Below, piece by piece: positions 17,513-27,016 of a stretch of 64,000 bases of DNA (position 1 is its first letter; each line of letters starts with the position of its first letter). The DNA lies in contig JBAZUP010000002.1 of NCBI GenBank assembly GCA_041661385.1, positions 78,670 to 142,669 on the forward strand, read 5' to 3'. Below the pieces are notes generated by a model. The model had not been told where the DNA came from. It saw nothing but the letters and a program-made list of their open reading frames with translations, and searched no databases. This DNA comes from Patescibacteria group bacterium (lineage in GTDB: Bacteria > Patescibacteriota > Patescibacteriia > Magasanikbacterales > GWA2-37-8). A program made the position numbers and the translations under genes.

Positions 17513-18964
17513 ATGTCTGATCAAGACGAAATAAAAATTTTAGTAAAGAAATCTGACGGCAGTTTTATACACATGCCGATTTCGGAAGTTCAAAAACACA
17601 ATCGGCTGACACCGACTGCGTCTTCCGCCGAGCCTGTTTTATCAAAACCGGCGGCTTTTAATCCCGCTGCGCCATTTGCTTCTGTACAGCCGGTTGCACC
17701 TGCTGCACCTCAAAAGCCAGCTGCGCCAGTTGCCCCTCAAAAACCAATTGAAAAACCGGTTGAAAAGAAACCGGAAACAATGCCAGTTGTAAAACCGGTA
17801 GAAAAAAATGAAGCATCGAAACCTAAATTTAATCCAAAAGAAAATGCCAGATTAGAAAAAGAAATTCCGGCGGTAATCAAAGCGGCGCCGGTAGTAAAAA
17901 ATACGCCACCGGTTGCAAGTGCGCCAATAAAAAATATTTCGGCGGCAGTACCACCCATTCCGGTTACGCCACCCCAATCGAAACCAGTGGTACCAAAAAT
18001 CGAACCGGTTAATTTGTCAGTAGTATCTGAAAAGAATGATATGGGTTCGCTGCTGGATGAAAAATTACCGAATGAAAATAAACTCACTCCGCTTACCAGT
18101 GAATCAAGAGATAAGCAAGTTGATGAGATAATTAAAAGTATTGGTTTTAAAATACCTCCTGGAAATAATAGTAGAGTAAAAACAATCATTCAATTATTTT
18201 TAAAAGAAGTTCGAGGCAAGGAAGAAACAATGGAAATTTTACGCCGGCCCGAAATTGATGGGGGAGTTGGTTTGTCCGATGAACAAGTAAATGAAGTTTT
18301 AGAAAAATGCAGTAAAACTACGGTATCAGCTGCCGGCAGTTTTTCCGTGCCATCGTTAAAAACTGTGCCGAAAATAACCGTGCCGATGCCAAATAAACTA
18401 GCAGCGATTCAAATAACAAGAATTACGAATTCGCAAGTAAGCACAAATGACAATAAGCGCTTAGAAGCAGAGTTGCCGGCTGTGGTAATAAAAACAGCAG
18501 CCCCAAAACTGCCGCCAAAACCAATTGCGACTGGAGATGCTAGAAAAATTTTAGAAGAACAAATAACTAAAAATACAATGTCGGAATTACCTGGTAATTT
18601 TACGATTAATTCCGATCGAAATAAAACGACCATGTCGGATGTAAAATCGGCTCCGGCTCAAATGGGACCGATTGAGGAAATTCGTTATTTTAGTTTGGTA
18701 GATTTTCGTAGGTTGTCCGGAGATCCGACCGAGGCTGCCAATCGGTTGAAACAAAAGTTTTTAAATCTTCACGAGGAATCAGTAGTTTTTTATTTTGAGG
18801 GGCTCGACGCCTGGAAAATTTCGCCGCTTTATCACGATTATATAAATTTGGTAAGTGAGGCGATAAAAAAACGCCAGACGCTGGCGCAAGTTGCAGTAGA
18901 TAAATCCAGAATACAAGTTTCGGAAATAAGCGCGCTTATTAAAATGGAAAAAGAATTAGGCTAG
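17513..18964 (+). CDS. hypothetical Pro/Ala/Lys-rich repeat protein
   Basis: PAAPQKPAAPVAPQKPIEKPVEKKPETMPVVKPVEK low-complexity repeats. Start is 3 nt after the preceding gene. Confidence 0.5.
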   Translation: MSDQDEIKILVKKSDGSFIHMPISEVQKHNRLTPTASSAEPVLSKPAAFNPAAPFASVQPVAPAAPQKPAAPVAPQKPIEKPVEKKPETMPVVKPVEKNEASKPKFNPKENARLEKEIPAVIKAAPVVKNTPPVASAPIKNISAAVPPIPVTPPQSKPVVPKIEPVNLSVVSEKNDMGSLLDEKLPNENKLTPLTSESRDKQVDEIIKSIGFKIPPGNNSRVKTIIQLFLKEVRGKEETMEILRRPEIDGGVGLSDEQVNEVLEKCSKTTVSAAGSFSVPSLKTVPKITVPMPNKLAAIQITRITNSQVSTNDNKRLEAELPAVVIKTAAPKLPPKPIATGDARKILEEQITKNTMSELPGNFTINSDRNKTTMSDVKSAPAQMGPIEEIRYFSLVDFRRLSGDPTEAANRLKQKFLNLHEESVVFYFEGLDAWKISPLYHDYINLVSEAIKKRQTLAQVAVDKSRIQVSEISALIKMEKELG

Positions 18965-18965
18965 T

Positions 18966-19406
18966 ATGCAACAATTTACCGTACCACAATTTATTGATGT
19001 TGAAGATAAAATTTTTGGTCCTGTTACAGCCCGTCAATTTAGTATTATGATTGGGGCGGTTGGTCCGATATTTTTAGCTTATAAACTCGCAGATTTTGCT
19101 TTATTTGTATTTATCGCGATTTTAATCGGCGGCACGGCAGCGATGTTTGCTTTTGTGCGCATAAATGGACAGGCTTTTCATTATTTTGTTTTAAATATTT
19201 TACAAACCTTACGTCGTCCAAGTCGTCGTCTTTGGTATAAAAGTTATACGAACGCTTCTTTGCAGGATTTTTTAAATTATGAAAAGCAAAATGTAAAAGA
19301 TAAATTGGATGCGGAAGATAATAAAATTGAAAAAAAAGTTATTTCCAATACGCGCATCAGAGATTTGTCGCTATTAGTGAATACCGGCGGGTATTTTAAA
19401 GTTTAA
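18966..19406 (+). CDS. small 2-TM membrane protein, VirB3/PrgI-like candidate
   Basis: 146 aa with two hydrophobic helices (IMIGAVGPIFLAYKL, ALFVFIAILIGGTAAMFAFV). Position just upstream of VirB4 matches prgI/virB3 in Gram-positive-type T4SS. Confidence 0.4.
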   Translation: MQQFTVPQFIDVEDKIFGPVTARQFSIMIGAVGPIFLAYKLADFALFVFIAILIGGTAAMFAFVRINGQAFHYFVLNILQTLRRPSRRLWYKSYTNASLQDFLNYEKQNVKDKLDAEDNKIEKKVISNTRIRDLSLLVNTGGYFKV

Positions 19407-19415
19407 TTTAAAAAC

Positions 19416-20102
19416 ATGAAAAGCAAAACCGAAGAAAAAAAGAAGAAAAGCATGGTTACGACCCAAAACCATTTGCTTATTTCTGAAATTAAACAGGACA
19501 CTGTAATAATGAAAGACGGTACTCTTCGCGCTGTTATTATGGTTTCGAGTATTAATTTTGCGTTAAAAAATGACGACGAACAAAATGCGATTATTCAGTC
19601 TTATGTCGGTTTTTTAAATTCACTCGACCATCCCTTGCAGGTCGTAATTCAATCTCGCAAATTACAAATCAAACCATATATCGACCGCCTAATTCAGCAG
19701 GAGCGCAATCAGACAAATGATTTATTGCGCACCCAAACCGCCGATTATCGGTCGTTCGTACTTGAGCTTGTAAAGCTTGGTGAAATTATGAACAAGCAAT
19801 TTTATGTGGTAGTTCCTTATGATCCGATTTCAAATAAAACAAAAAGTTACTGGAGTCGCGTGAAGGAAGTTATAAATCCTACGGCGGCGATTTCTTTAAA
19901 AGGTAAAAAATTTGATGAGCGCAAGAAAGATCTCGACAGCCGGGTACACCTTGTTGAAAGCGGTCTAACCAGCATTGGCTTACAAATTGCGAGGTTAAAT
20001 ACCCAATCGCTCATTGAACTATATTACTCAACTTATAATACTGACATTGCTTTGGTTCAGGAACTTGCCCCAATTGAGCAATTGCAGGTAGAAACAGAAT
20101 AA
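19416..20102 (+). CDS. VirB4/TraC N-terminal domain-like protein (first part of a split VirB4)
   Basis: LLISEIKQDTVIMKDGTLRAVIMVSSINFALKNDDEQNAIIQSYVGFLNS resembles the N-terminal region of VirB4/TrbE. It is in the same frame as the next ORF, separated by one TAA at 20100-20102. Confidence 0.5.
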   Translation: MKSKTEEKKKKSMVTTQNHLLISEIKQDTVIMKDGTLRAVIMVSSINFALKNDDEQNAIIQSYVGFLNSLDHPLQVVIQSRKLQIKPYIDRLIQQERNQTNDLLRTQTADYRSFVLELVKLGEIMNKQFYVVVPYDPISNKTKSYWSRVKEVINPTAAISLKGKKFDERKKDLDSRVHLVESGLTSIGLQIARLNTQSLIELYYSTYNTDIALVQELAPIEQLQVETE

Positions 20103-20105
20103 AAT

Positions 20106-22004
20106 TTGAGGTATAATGTAACAACTATGGCATTTAAGCCCACTAATCAAACAATTGAATCAAAGACCTCCGAGTCATTACTTGATAAGCAAAAAAATGT
20201 AATGAAAGATCGGGCCGAATCTGAGTTAGTAACGCTTGAGGAAGAGCGTATTTTTCGCGAGGGTGTAGTTTCGATTCGAGATCTTATTGCTCCGGCGGCA
20301 TTTAATGTTGAATCTAATTTTTTACAAATTGGTACCGCTTTTGCGCGAACAATTTTTGTCGCTTCTTATCCACGGTATATTTCTATTGGTTGGAGTTCGC
20401 CGATTATTAATCTTTCGGTAACCATGGATATCGCGATGTTTTTTTATCCGGTTAAATCTGAAATAATTTTAAAACAGCTTCGAAATAAAGTCGGTGCGCT
20501 CGAAGCGCAGATAACCTCGGATTCGGAAAAAGGCGCGCCTCGCGATCCGATTCGTGAAACCGCTCTTCGAGATATTGAAAAACTTCGTGATGATCTTACT
20601 CAAGGAATTGAACATTTTTTTCAGTTTGCTTTTTATGTCACTATTTATTCAGAATCCAAAGAAAAACTCGATACCGTATCGGCGGATGTCGAAAGCATTT
20701 TGGGCGCAAAATTAATCGGTACAAGAAAAGTATTGTTTCAATCTGAACAGGGTTTCAATTCGACCCTTCCGATTGGCGTGGATGAAATTATGGTTTCATT
20801 CAACATGAATTCAAGTCCGATTGCCGCTTCTTTTCCGTTTATTTCCGCCGAGCTTACTTCGGACAGCGGTATTCTTTATGGAATAAATCGCCATAACAAC
20901 AGTTTAATCTTGTTCGACAGATTTTCGCTTCAGAATGCCAACATGGCGGTATTTGCTACTTCCGGTGCTGGTAAAAGTTATTGCGTAAAACTGGAAATTT
21001 TGCGTACCCTCATGATGGGAGTAGATGTCATTGTTATTGATCCGGAAATGGAATATAAACATCTTAGTGATGCAGTCGGCGGTACCTACATAAATATTTC
21101 ACTTTCTTCGGAAAGTAAAATTAACCCATTTGATTTACCTCGGCCGGTCGGCCAGTCGATATCCGTCGAAGATGTTATTCGTGGCGCTGTCATTACCACC
21201 AAGGGCCTTTTGCGTATTATTTTTGGCGGTTTAAGCACTGCTCAGGACTCATTAATTGATCGGGCGCTCATTGAAACCTATGCCAAAAAAGATATTACCG
21301 CTGATTCTGATCTGGCCACCGTTCAGCCGCCGATTATGCAAGATTTGCTGGAAATTTTGGAAGGTTTAGAAGGCTCCGAGGAATTGGTGATGAAGCTGAA
21401 AAAGTTTACGGAAGGTACTTTTAGCGGTCTCTTTAATTCACCGACCAATGTCGATATAAAAAATCAACTGGTGATATTCAGCGTGCGAGATTTGGAAGAC
21501 GAACTTCGCCCGATTGCTATTTATACAATTATCAATTATATTTGGAACGTCGTTCGTTCTGAAACAAAAAAACGTATCTTGGTTATTGATGAGGCTTGGT
21601 GGCTTATGCAGCACGAAGATAGCGCCAGATTTATTTTTGCCCTGGTTAAGCGCTGCCGTAAGTATTATTTGGGAGTAACCACTATTACGCAGGATGTAAA
21701 TGATTTCTTGAAATCTCAATATGGACAGGCGATTGTCACGAACACTGCTTTGCAGATGCTTATGAAACAATCTCCGTCGGCGATTGATCTGATTCAAAAA
21801 GTATTTATGCTTACGGATAGTGAAAAATATCTTTTGCTAGAAAGCGGTGTTGGTGAGGGAATATTTTTTGCCGGTTTCAAACACGCGGCGATTAAAGTCG
21901 TTGCATCTTATACAGAAGACCAGATCGTTACAACTAATCCGGAACAACTGCTTCAGATTGAAAGAGCTAAAAAAGAATTTCAAGATCAACTTAAAAAAGA
22001 ATAA
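20106..22004 (+). CDS. virB4: VirB4/TrsE-family type IV secretion ATPase (ATPase domain)
   Basis: Walker A VFATSGAGKSYCVK, Walker B ILVIDEAWWLM, and VirB4-like C-terminal motifs. First ATG is at 20127; the track start at 20106 is TTG. Confidence 0.8.
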   Translation: MRYNVTTMAFKPTNQTIESKTSESLLDKQKNVMKDRAESELVTLEEERIFREGVVSIRDLIAPAAFNVESNFLQIGTAFARTIFVASYPRYISIGWSSPIINLSVTMDIAMFFYPVKSEIILKQLRNKVGALEAQITSDSEKGAPRDPIRETALRDIEKLRDDLTQGIEHFFQFAFYVTIYSESKEKLDTVSADVESILGAKLIGTRKVLFQSEQGFNSTLPIGVDEIMVSFNMNSSPIAASFPFISAELTSDSGILYGINRHNNSLILFDRFSLQNANMAVFATSGAGKSYCVKLEILRTLMMGVDVIVIDPEMEYKHLSDAVGGTYINISLSSESKINPFDLPRPVGQSISVEDVIRGAVITTKGLLRIIFGGLSTAQDSLIDRALIETYAKKDITADSDLATVQPPIMQDLLEILEGLEGSEELVMKLKKFTEGTFSGLFNSPTNVDIKNQLVIFSVRDLEDELRPIAIYTIINYIWNVVRSETKKRILVIDEAWWLMQHEDSARFIFALVKRCRKYYLGVTTITQDVNDFLKSQYGQAIVTNTALQMLMKQSPSAIDLIQKVFMLTDSEKYLLLESGVGEGIFFAGFKHAAIKVVASYTEDQIVTTNPEQLLQIERAKKEFQDQLKKE

Positions 22005-22010
22005 AAATAT

Positions 22011-22601
22011 ATGCCATTAAGAACACGAATTTTTATAATGATTGGTGCCGGGGTATTTGTTATCGGGGTAATAAGTATTTTTATAATTTTTAAGTTTGGC
22101 AAAAAGCCGGTCACAACTCCGCCGGTTCAGGAACAGGTAACCATTAATCAAACAAATGATCAGGTTAATGTAAAAGTTGGCACCGAACCGACTGTCGTGC
22201 CAAAGAATGTAAAGATAACCCCTCCGACTGCAATTCAGCAGGAAGATATTACGGTAAAAAATATCGCTCGAGTTTATATTGAAAGATATCATACCTATTC
22301 TAGCGAAAATAATTTTCAAAATATTCGTGATATTGAATCAATTGTCACTGCAGCCTATTGGAAAAAAATCAGCGCGCCAATGGTCGCAAAAATAGCGCCT
22401 CCGGCTAGTTTTGTTTCTTTAACAACCGAGGTGCTTAGCATATTATCAGTTGATGTAAAAAGCATCAGCGCATCGGTGGCGTTAAACACCCGTCAAACTG
22501 CTATCGCAAACGGACAAACTACTGTTAGCTTTAAAGAATATACCGTGACGCTTGTTAAGTCTGGTGGTAGCTGGCTGGTAAGTGGAGAGACTGCAAAATA
22601 G
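22011..22601 (+). CDS. bitopic membrane protein, VirB8-like (NTF2-fold) candidate
   Basis: N-terminal TM (IFIMIGAGVFVIGVISIFIIF). C-terminal about 120 aa has an NTF2-like character ending SGGSWLVSGE. Directly follows VirB4. Confidence 0.35.
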   Translation: MPLRTRIFIMIGAGVFVIGVISIFIIFKFGKKPVTTPPVQEQVTINQTNDQVNVKVGTEPTVVPKNVKITPPTAIQQEDITVKNIARVYIERYHTYSSENNFQNIRDIESIVTAAYWKKISAPMVAKIAPPASFVSLTTEVLSILSVDVKSISASVALNTRQTAIANGQTTVSFKEYTVTLVKSGGSWLVSGETAK

Positions 22602-22603
22602 TT

Positions 22604-23236
22604 ATGGTTACGGGGGAAGTAAAAGAAAAAATAAAGGATTTTTTGTTTCCGTATTTTTGCGCAGGCTGTAATAAAGAAGGGGAATGGTGGTGCAAAAACT
22701 GTCGCAAAACTGAAGTAGCACCTTCTATTATAAAGGCCGAAGCTGGGCTAGAAGCTGTTTCGGTTCTTTTTAATTATGATGAACATTCGGCAATTGGTTA
22801 TCTTATTAAACAGTTCAAATACAATTATGTTAAGGATATTTCGGAATTATGGAGAGCTGTTATAGTAGAAGCTAATTTATATTTTGAAAATAATACCATG
22901 CTTATTCCGGTTCCGCTTTTTTGGCGTCGAGAGCGAGAAAGAGGGTATAATCAGGCAAATATTTTAGCTCAAATATTGGCGGAGGTTTCCAAAAAAGAGC
23001 CGGTTCTGCATGCTCTAACTAGAGTTCGGCCGACCTTGCAACAAGCAAAACTTAATCGCGCTGAGCGGCAAATAAATGTTTTAAATGCTTTTGAGTGGCG
23101 GGCAAGCTATGTTCCAGAGCGGGTTGTCTTGGTGGACGACGTTTATACCACCGGAGCGACCATGAAAGAGTGCGCAAGCGTATTAAAACAGGCGGGGGTA
23201 AAGAAAGTCTCTGGTTTTGTATTGGCGCATGGATAG
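22604..23236 (+). CDS. comFC: competence protein ComFC (phosphoribosyltransferase-type)
   Basis: N-terminal Cys cluster (CAGCNKEGEWWCKNCR), PRTase motif VLVDDVYTTGATM. Confidence 0.75.
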   Translation: MVTGEVKEKIKDFLFPYFCAGCNKEGEWWCKNCRKTEVAPSIIKAEAGLEAVSVLFNYDEHSAIGYLIKQFKYNYVKDISELWRAVIVEANLYFENNTMLIPVPLFWRRERERGYNQANILAQILAEVSKKEPVLHALTRVRPTLQQAKLNRAERQINVLNAFEWRASYVPERVVLVDDVYTTGATMKECASVLKQAGVKKVSGFVLAHG

Positions 23237-23296
23237 GTGTAATATTGACTTGCTCAATTGAAAATGCTATTATGTAAGGGTTATTTTATTGAAAAA

Positions 23297-23368
23297 GCCG
23301 CGGTAGCTCAGTGGTAGAGCGAAGGCCTGAAGAGCCTTGCGTCGTGGGTTCGATCCCCACCTGCGGCA
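23297..23368 (+). tRNA. tRNA-Phe (GAA)
   Basis: Hand-folded cloverleaf: acceptor gccgcgg/ctgcggc, anticodon loop ctGAAga, T-arm gtggg-ttcgatc-cccac. No encoded CCA. Confidence 0.85.
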
Positions 23369-23471
23369 CGCTGTCCACCCCGACCCCCGACTTAAGACAC
23401 CTTCGGTTTCTTACGTCGCTTCGCTCCTATCTTTCCACTGCGGGGTGTCCAGATTTGCCTCAGGCAAATAA

Positions 23472-23545
23472 CGGGCTATGGCTCAATTGGCTAGAGCGTC
23501 TGGTTTGGGACCAGAAGGTTGTGAGTTCAAGTCTCACTAGCCCGA
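23472..23545 (+). tRNA. tRNA-Pro (TGG)
   Basis: Acceptor cgggcta/tagcccg, anticodon stem tctgg/ccaga with loop ttTGGga, T-arm gtgag-ttcaagt-ctcac. Confidence 0.85.
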
Positions 23546-23550
23546 CACGT

Positions 23551-23585
23551 AAAAGACCAGTCATTAGGACTGGTCTTTTTTATTT
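23551..23585 (+). terminator. terminator after the tRNA pair
   Basis: aagaccagtc-atta-ggactggtctt followed by a T-run. Confidence 0.7.
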
Positions 23586-23734
23586 TTATTCAACAAAAAA
23601 TATTACGGTTTTTTGTGATACTTCAAAAAATAATCGCTTCTTTTTTTTACCAAAGTAATTTGATAAAAATAAGAAGGGTTGGGAACGGCGCATGAGAAAG
23701 CGCCGTTCCCATAGATCACACCCTTTCATTGCCT

Positions 23735-24097
23735 TTAGCCACGCCGACGTGATGACGTTCGACTCCATCCGCGGAACAGGATGCCAGCTCCCAGCACGAA
23801 GCCGAAGTTGTACCATCCTCCATTGTTGTGGACTTCGTAGAAGCTGACTGTGTCGTAGAAGAGCGAGATGATGAACGTGATCCCACAGATCAAACCATGC
23901 CAGAGACCAAGCCAGAACCCGGCGATGTTGCCGTCGGACGAGGCGGTGTGGGTTGCCGGATTGGGACCGGCAGCACAACCGCTCATCTGGAATAGGGTGA
24001 TGACCAGTAGAACAGGGGCGTACTTCTTGAGGTTCTTCACGGGCTTTCTCCTTGGGGTCCAAAAGACCCACGCAAGTGATTTTTGTAGACAGGACAT
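23735..24097 (-). CDS. GC-rich islet: small lipoprotein/membrane protein (about 100-120 aa)
   Basis: Lipobox-like LFQMSGCAAG and a TM segment (GLICGITFIISLF). GC-rich block 23690-24110. An 11-bp perfect hairpin (gggaacggcgc...gcgccgttccc, 23679-23708) lies just past the stop. The overlapping 179-aa Arg-rich ORF is an alternate-frame artefact. Confidence 0.4.
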   Translation of the reverse strand: MSCLQKSLAWVFWTPRRKPVKNLKKYAPVLLVITLFQMSGCAAGPNPATHTASSDGNIAGFWLGLWHGLICGITFIISLFYDTVSFYEVHNNGGWYNFGFVLGAGILFRGWSRTSSRRRG

Positions 24098-24376
24098 TTG
24101 AAACTATGATATATCTCAATTTCAAATATCCCGTCCACCTAGGTGTGATAAATTGTAAGATACAAGCTTACTAGCAGAATATACGGCTAAAATTAGTCAT
24201 AAATTACAGCTAATAAACAGTAAAGCATATCACAAAAGACGACTTTTGTCAAGATTGTTGGCAAAATAAGTTCCAACTTCATTCCACTAGTTCAGCACAT
24301 TAAAACCCGCCATTATTGGCGTGTTTTGTTATTTTGTAAAATGTATTTATTGTGATATACTAGCAAAAAAGAACCT

Positions 24377-24811
24377 ATGTTTGGAGAAAAAATACCTACT
24401 GATAAAGAACAGCTTGAAGCTGGGCGAATTTTTGTTTCCCCTTTACCGATTGAAGAAGGACCTGAGTGGAATAGCGCAGAAATTGAAGGTAAATTATCTG
24501 TAGATGTGCTTGAGACCGAAACCGATTTGGTTGTTATTGCTACCATGGCCGGCACCAGGCCGGAGGATATTTTTTTGCATTTACACAACGATTTTCTTAC
24601 TATTCGAGGCAGTCGGTCCCCAAATTTGAATGAACCGGTTCACTTTTTTTATGAAGAATGCTATTGGGGAAAATTTTCAAGAACAATCGTTTTGCCGGTA
24701 GATGTAAATGGCGATATAGCAAAATCTGAATATCGTAATGGTGTACTTACCATTCGTTTGCCAAAAGCCAGCGCAAGGCAAAGTATTCCAATTTTAGTAA
24801 TTGAAGATTAG
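24377..24811 (+). CDS. Hsp20/alpha-crystallin small heat-shock protein
   Basis: ACD motifs: FLTIRGSRS...YGKFSRTIVLP...GVLTIRLPKA. Confidence 0.85.
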   Translation: MFGEKIPTDKEQLEAGRIFVSPLPIEEGPEWNSAEIEGKLSVDVLETETDLVVIATMAGTRPEDIFLHLHNDFLTIRGSRSPNLNEPVHFFYEECYWGKFSRTIVLPVDVNGDIAKSEYRNGVLTIRLPKASARQSIPILVIED

Positions 24812-26714
24812 TGTGAAAATAAAACTTCCGGCGTCGATAGGTCGACTCGGTAAAAATAAGTTGATTTTTGTTTTGCCGGCATGCATTATAATGCTTGGCG
24901 CTATTATTGTCGGCGGTGTTTGGTATTATATAAATTCTTATCAAGATCGGGTTTATCCGGGAGTAAAAATTGGCCAGTATGATTTGGGCGGCTTAACCAA
25001 AAAAGAAGTCAAAAATTTTATTGAAAATATTAATAACCGATTTGCCAACGAAGGAATAGAAATAATTATCGATAGTGAGGTCGGACCAAATGTAAAAATC
25101 AACACGGTGGCGAGCGGGGAGAGCGCTTTTGAAATGTTCCGTATCGATAGTGACGCCGTCAGTATTGCCGCGCTCAGGGCCGGTCGGCGAGGTGAAAATA
25201 CCAATGCTTACTTTGACCCCCTATATTTGCGTTTTTTCCCGTCGGAGCTTATTGTGCCGGTAGTTGCGAATGATGATATCTTAAAGTCGGAACTTTCAAT
25301 TGCTCTTTCATCTTATGAAGATAAGGTTCGCAATGCGACCGTTAGTAATGTCCAGCTAAATGGCGCGGCAAACATAATTGAAGAAAAGAGCGGACGAACT
25401 TTTGATTATGATTTAGCTGTGGCAAGTATTAGGAATAATGTTTCACATATTTCATTTCAGCCGATAGTTTTAAAAAGAAGTTTTTTTTCGCCGACGGTTA
25501 CTAAGCCGATGATTGAAGCAATTTTACCGGATTTGGGAGCGATTTTAAAATTTGGACCGCTCATTATAACTGACCCAACTTCATCTACTCCAGAGCGAGA
25601 GTGGGTTATTACCGAAAGAGAACTTGCGGGACTCGTTGGAGTAAGAGCAACCGACGATGGCCGGGCGGTTTTTTCGTTAAATAAAGATGAGCTTGAAAAA
25701 TATTTAAAAAATGTCATTGCTCCTGAAGTAGAGGTGCCGGCTAAGAATGCGAAATTTACCGTTGAAAATAATAAGGTTATTGAATTTCAAAACAGTTCTG
25801 ATGGTAAAGTGGTTGATCTTGATGCGACATATCTTGGGCTTAATAATTTGTTTGAGGTTCGAAATTCATTAATTTTACATAATACCAATGCCGATCGAAC
25901 GCCGCTGGTTTTAAAGACGTTATTACCGGATGTTCGTATTGCGAACAGTAATGAAATGGGAATTGTCGAGCTGATTGGCAGCGGTACTTCAACTTTTAGA
26001 GATAGTCATACTAGGCGCATTCAAAATATTGCCCACGCTGTAGAACGATTAAATGGTACATTAATAAAACCTGGAGAAGAGTTTTCTGCTACCAAAGCCG
26101 CCGGTCCGTTTACTTTAGAAAATGGTTATTTACCTGAGTCGGTAATAAAAGGTAGAACACTGAAAGATGAAGTAGGGGGTGGCATGTGTCAGATTGGAAC
26201 AACGCTTTTCCGCATGGCAATGCAAAGCGGACTTCCTATTACCGAACGGCATAATCATTCGCTTGTAGTAAGTTATTATCTTGATCCGGTAAATGGTAAT
26301 CCGGGAACGGATGCCACCTTGTATGAACCGATTTTGGATCTGAAATTTTTAAATGAAACTGGAAATCATTTACTTTTACTTACGGATATTGATTATAAAA
26401 AACAATTGTTAACTTTTTCATTGTGGGGAACAAATGATGGCCGTAGTGGATGGTTTTCGCGCCCTAAAGTTAGCCGTTGGATTCCGGCACCGGCTGAGAC
26501 GGAATATATTGTTGCAAGTGTCAATTCAAATGGTAAACCGATTACCGGTGAATCGTGCCAGGTCGCTTTTCGCGGTGCGGTTGCAAGTTTTACTTATACA
26601 CGTATTACACCGGAAGGCGAAAAAATTGAGCGTGTTTTTGATAGTTATTATCGGCCACTTCCAAGAATTTGTACGATTCCACCGAGCAGCACTCCCGCCG
26701 TCGTCACTCCATAA
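24801..26714 (+). CDS. VanW-family protein with N-terminal TM anchor
   Basis: GGGMCQIGTTLFRMAMQSGLPITERHNHS matches the VanW core. N-terminal TM segment. Probable GTG start. Confidence 0.6.
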   Translation: MKISVKIKLPASIGRLGKNKLIFVLPACIIMLGAIIVGGVWYYINSYQDRVYPGVKIGQYDLGGLTKKEVKNFIENINNRFANEGIEIIIDSEVGPNVKINTVASGESAFEMFRIDSDAVSIAALRAGRRGENTNAYFDPLYLRFFPSELIVPVVANDDILKSELSIALSSYEDKVRNATVSNVQLNGAANIIEEKSGRTFDYDLAVASIRNNVSHISFQPIVLKRSFFSPTVTKPMIEAILPDLGAILKFGPLIITDPTSSTPEREWVITERELAGLVGVRATDDGRAVFSLNKDELEKYLKNVIAPEVEVPAKNAKFTVENNKVIEFQNSSDGKVVDLDATYLGLNNLFEVRNSLILHNTNADRTPLVLKTLLPDVRIANSNEMGIVELIGSGTSTFRDSHTRRIQNIAHAVERLNGTLIKPGEEFSATKAAGPFTLENGYLPESVIKGRTLKDEVGGGMCQIGTTLFRMAMQSGLPITERHNHSLVVSYYLDPVNGNPGTDATLYEPILDLKFLNETGNHLLLLTDIDYKKQLLTFSLWGTNDGRSGWFSRPKVSRWIPAPAETEYIVASVNSNGKPITGESCQVAFRGAVASFTYTRITPEGEKIERVFDSYYRPLPRICTIPPSSTPAVVTP

Positions 26715-26741
26715 AAAAATCTCCCACGTACCAATAAGTAC
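26713..26741. terminator. bidirectional hairpin terminator
   Basis: ctcccacgtac-caataa-gtacgtgggag flanked by an A-run and a T-run. Confidence 0.6.
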
Positions 26742-27016
26742 GTGGGAGTTTTATATTTGTGGGGGTTACCCCCCTAAACCGCACCCAAGAAGATGTATTG
26801 CAGGTAAGGATGAGCCGGAGCCGACCATTCCAACAACACATCTCCATGCTTGTCGTGGATACGGGAACCTGATGAAAAATTTTTTCGGCAGATTCCCTAA
26901 TCCAGTTCAGAGCTTTTCCGGAGTATAGAGTGTCTTGGTTGTCACCATTTCGCGCCGCGATAATTATCTGGAAGGCGCTGTTTCTGGTGTGCGTTCTAGG
27001 GTCACTAGAACTGTTA

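Noticed and set aside
23369-23471. Independent ncRNA between tRNA-Phe and tRNA-Pro
   Set aside because: This is better explained as a degenerate copy of the tRNA-3'-adjacent element (hairpin with ttcg loop plus a partial echo of the tRNA-Phe 3' end). It is listed only as a possible fourth copy.
23311-23658. 115-aa ORF spanning tRNA-Phe and tRNA-Pro
   Set aside because: Overlaps two well-folded tRNA genes. Composition is typical of translated structured RNA.
23586-24125. 179-aa Arg/His-rich ORF overlapping the islet gene 23735..24097
   Set aside because: It is a same-strand alternate frame of a GC-rich block. The other frame gives a lipobox plus TM protein.
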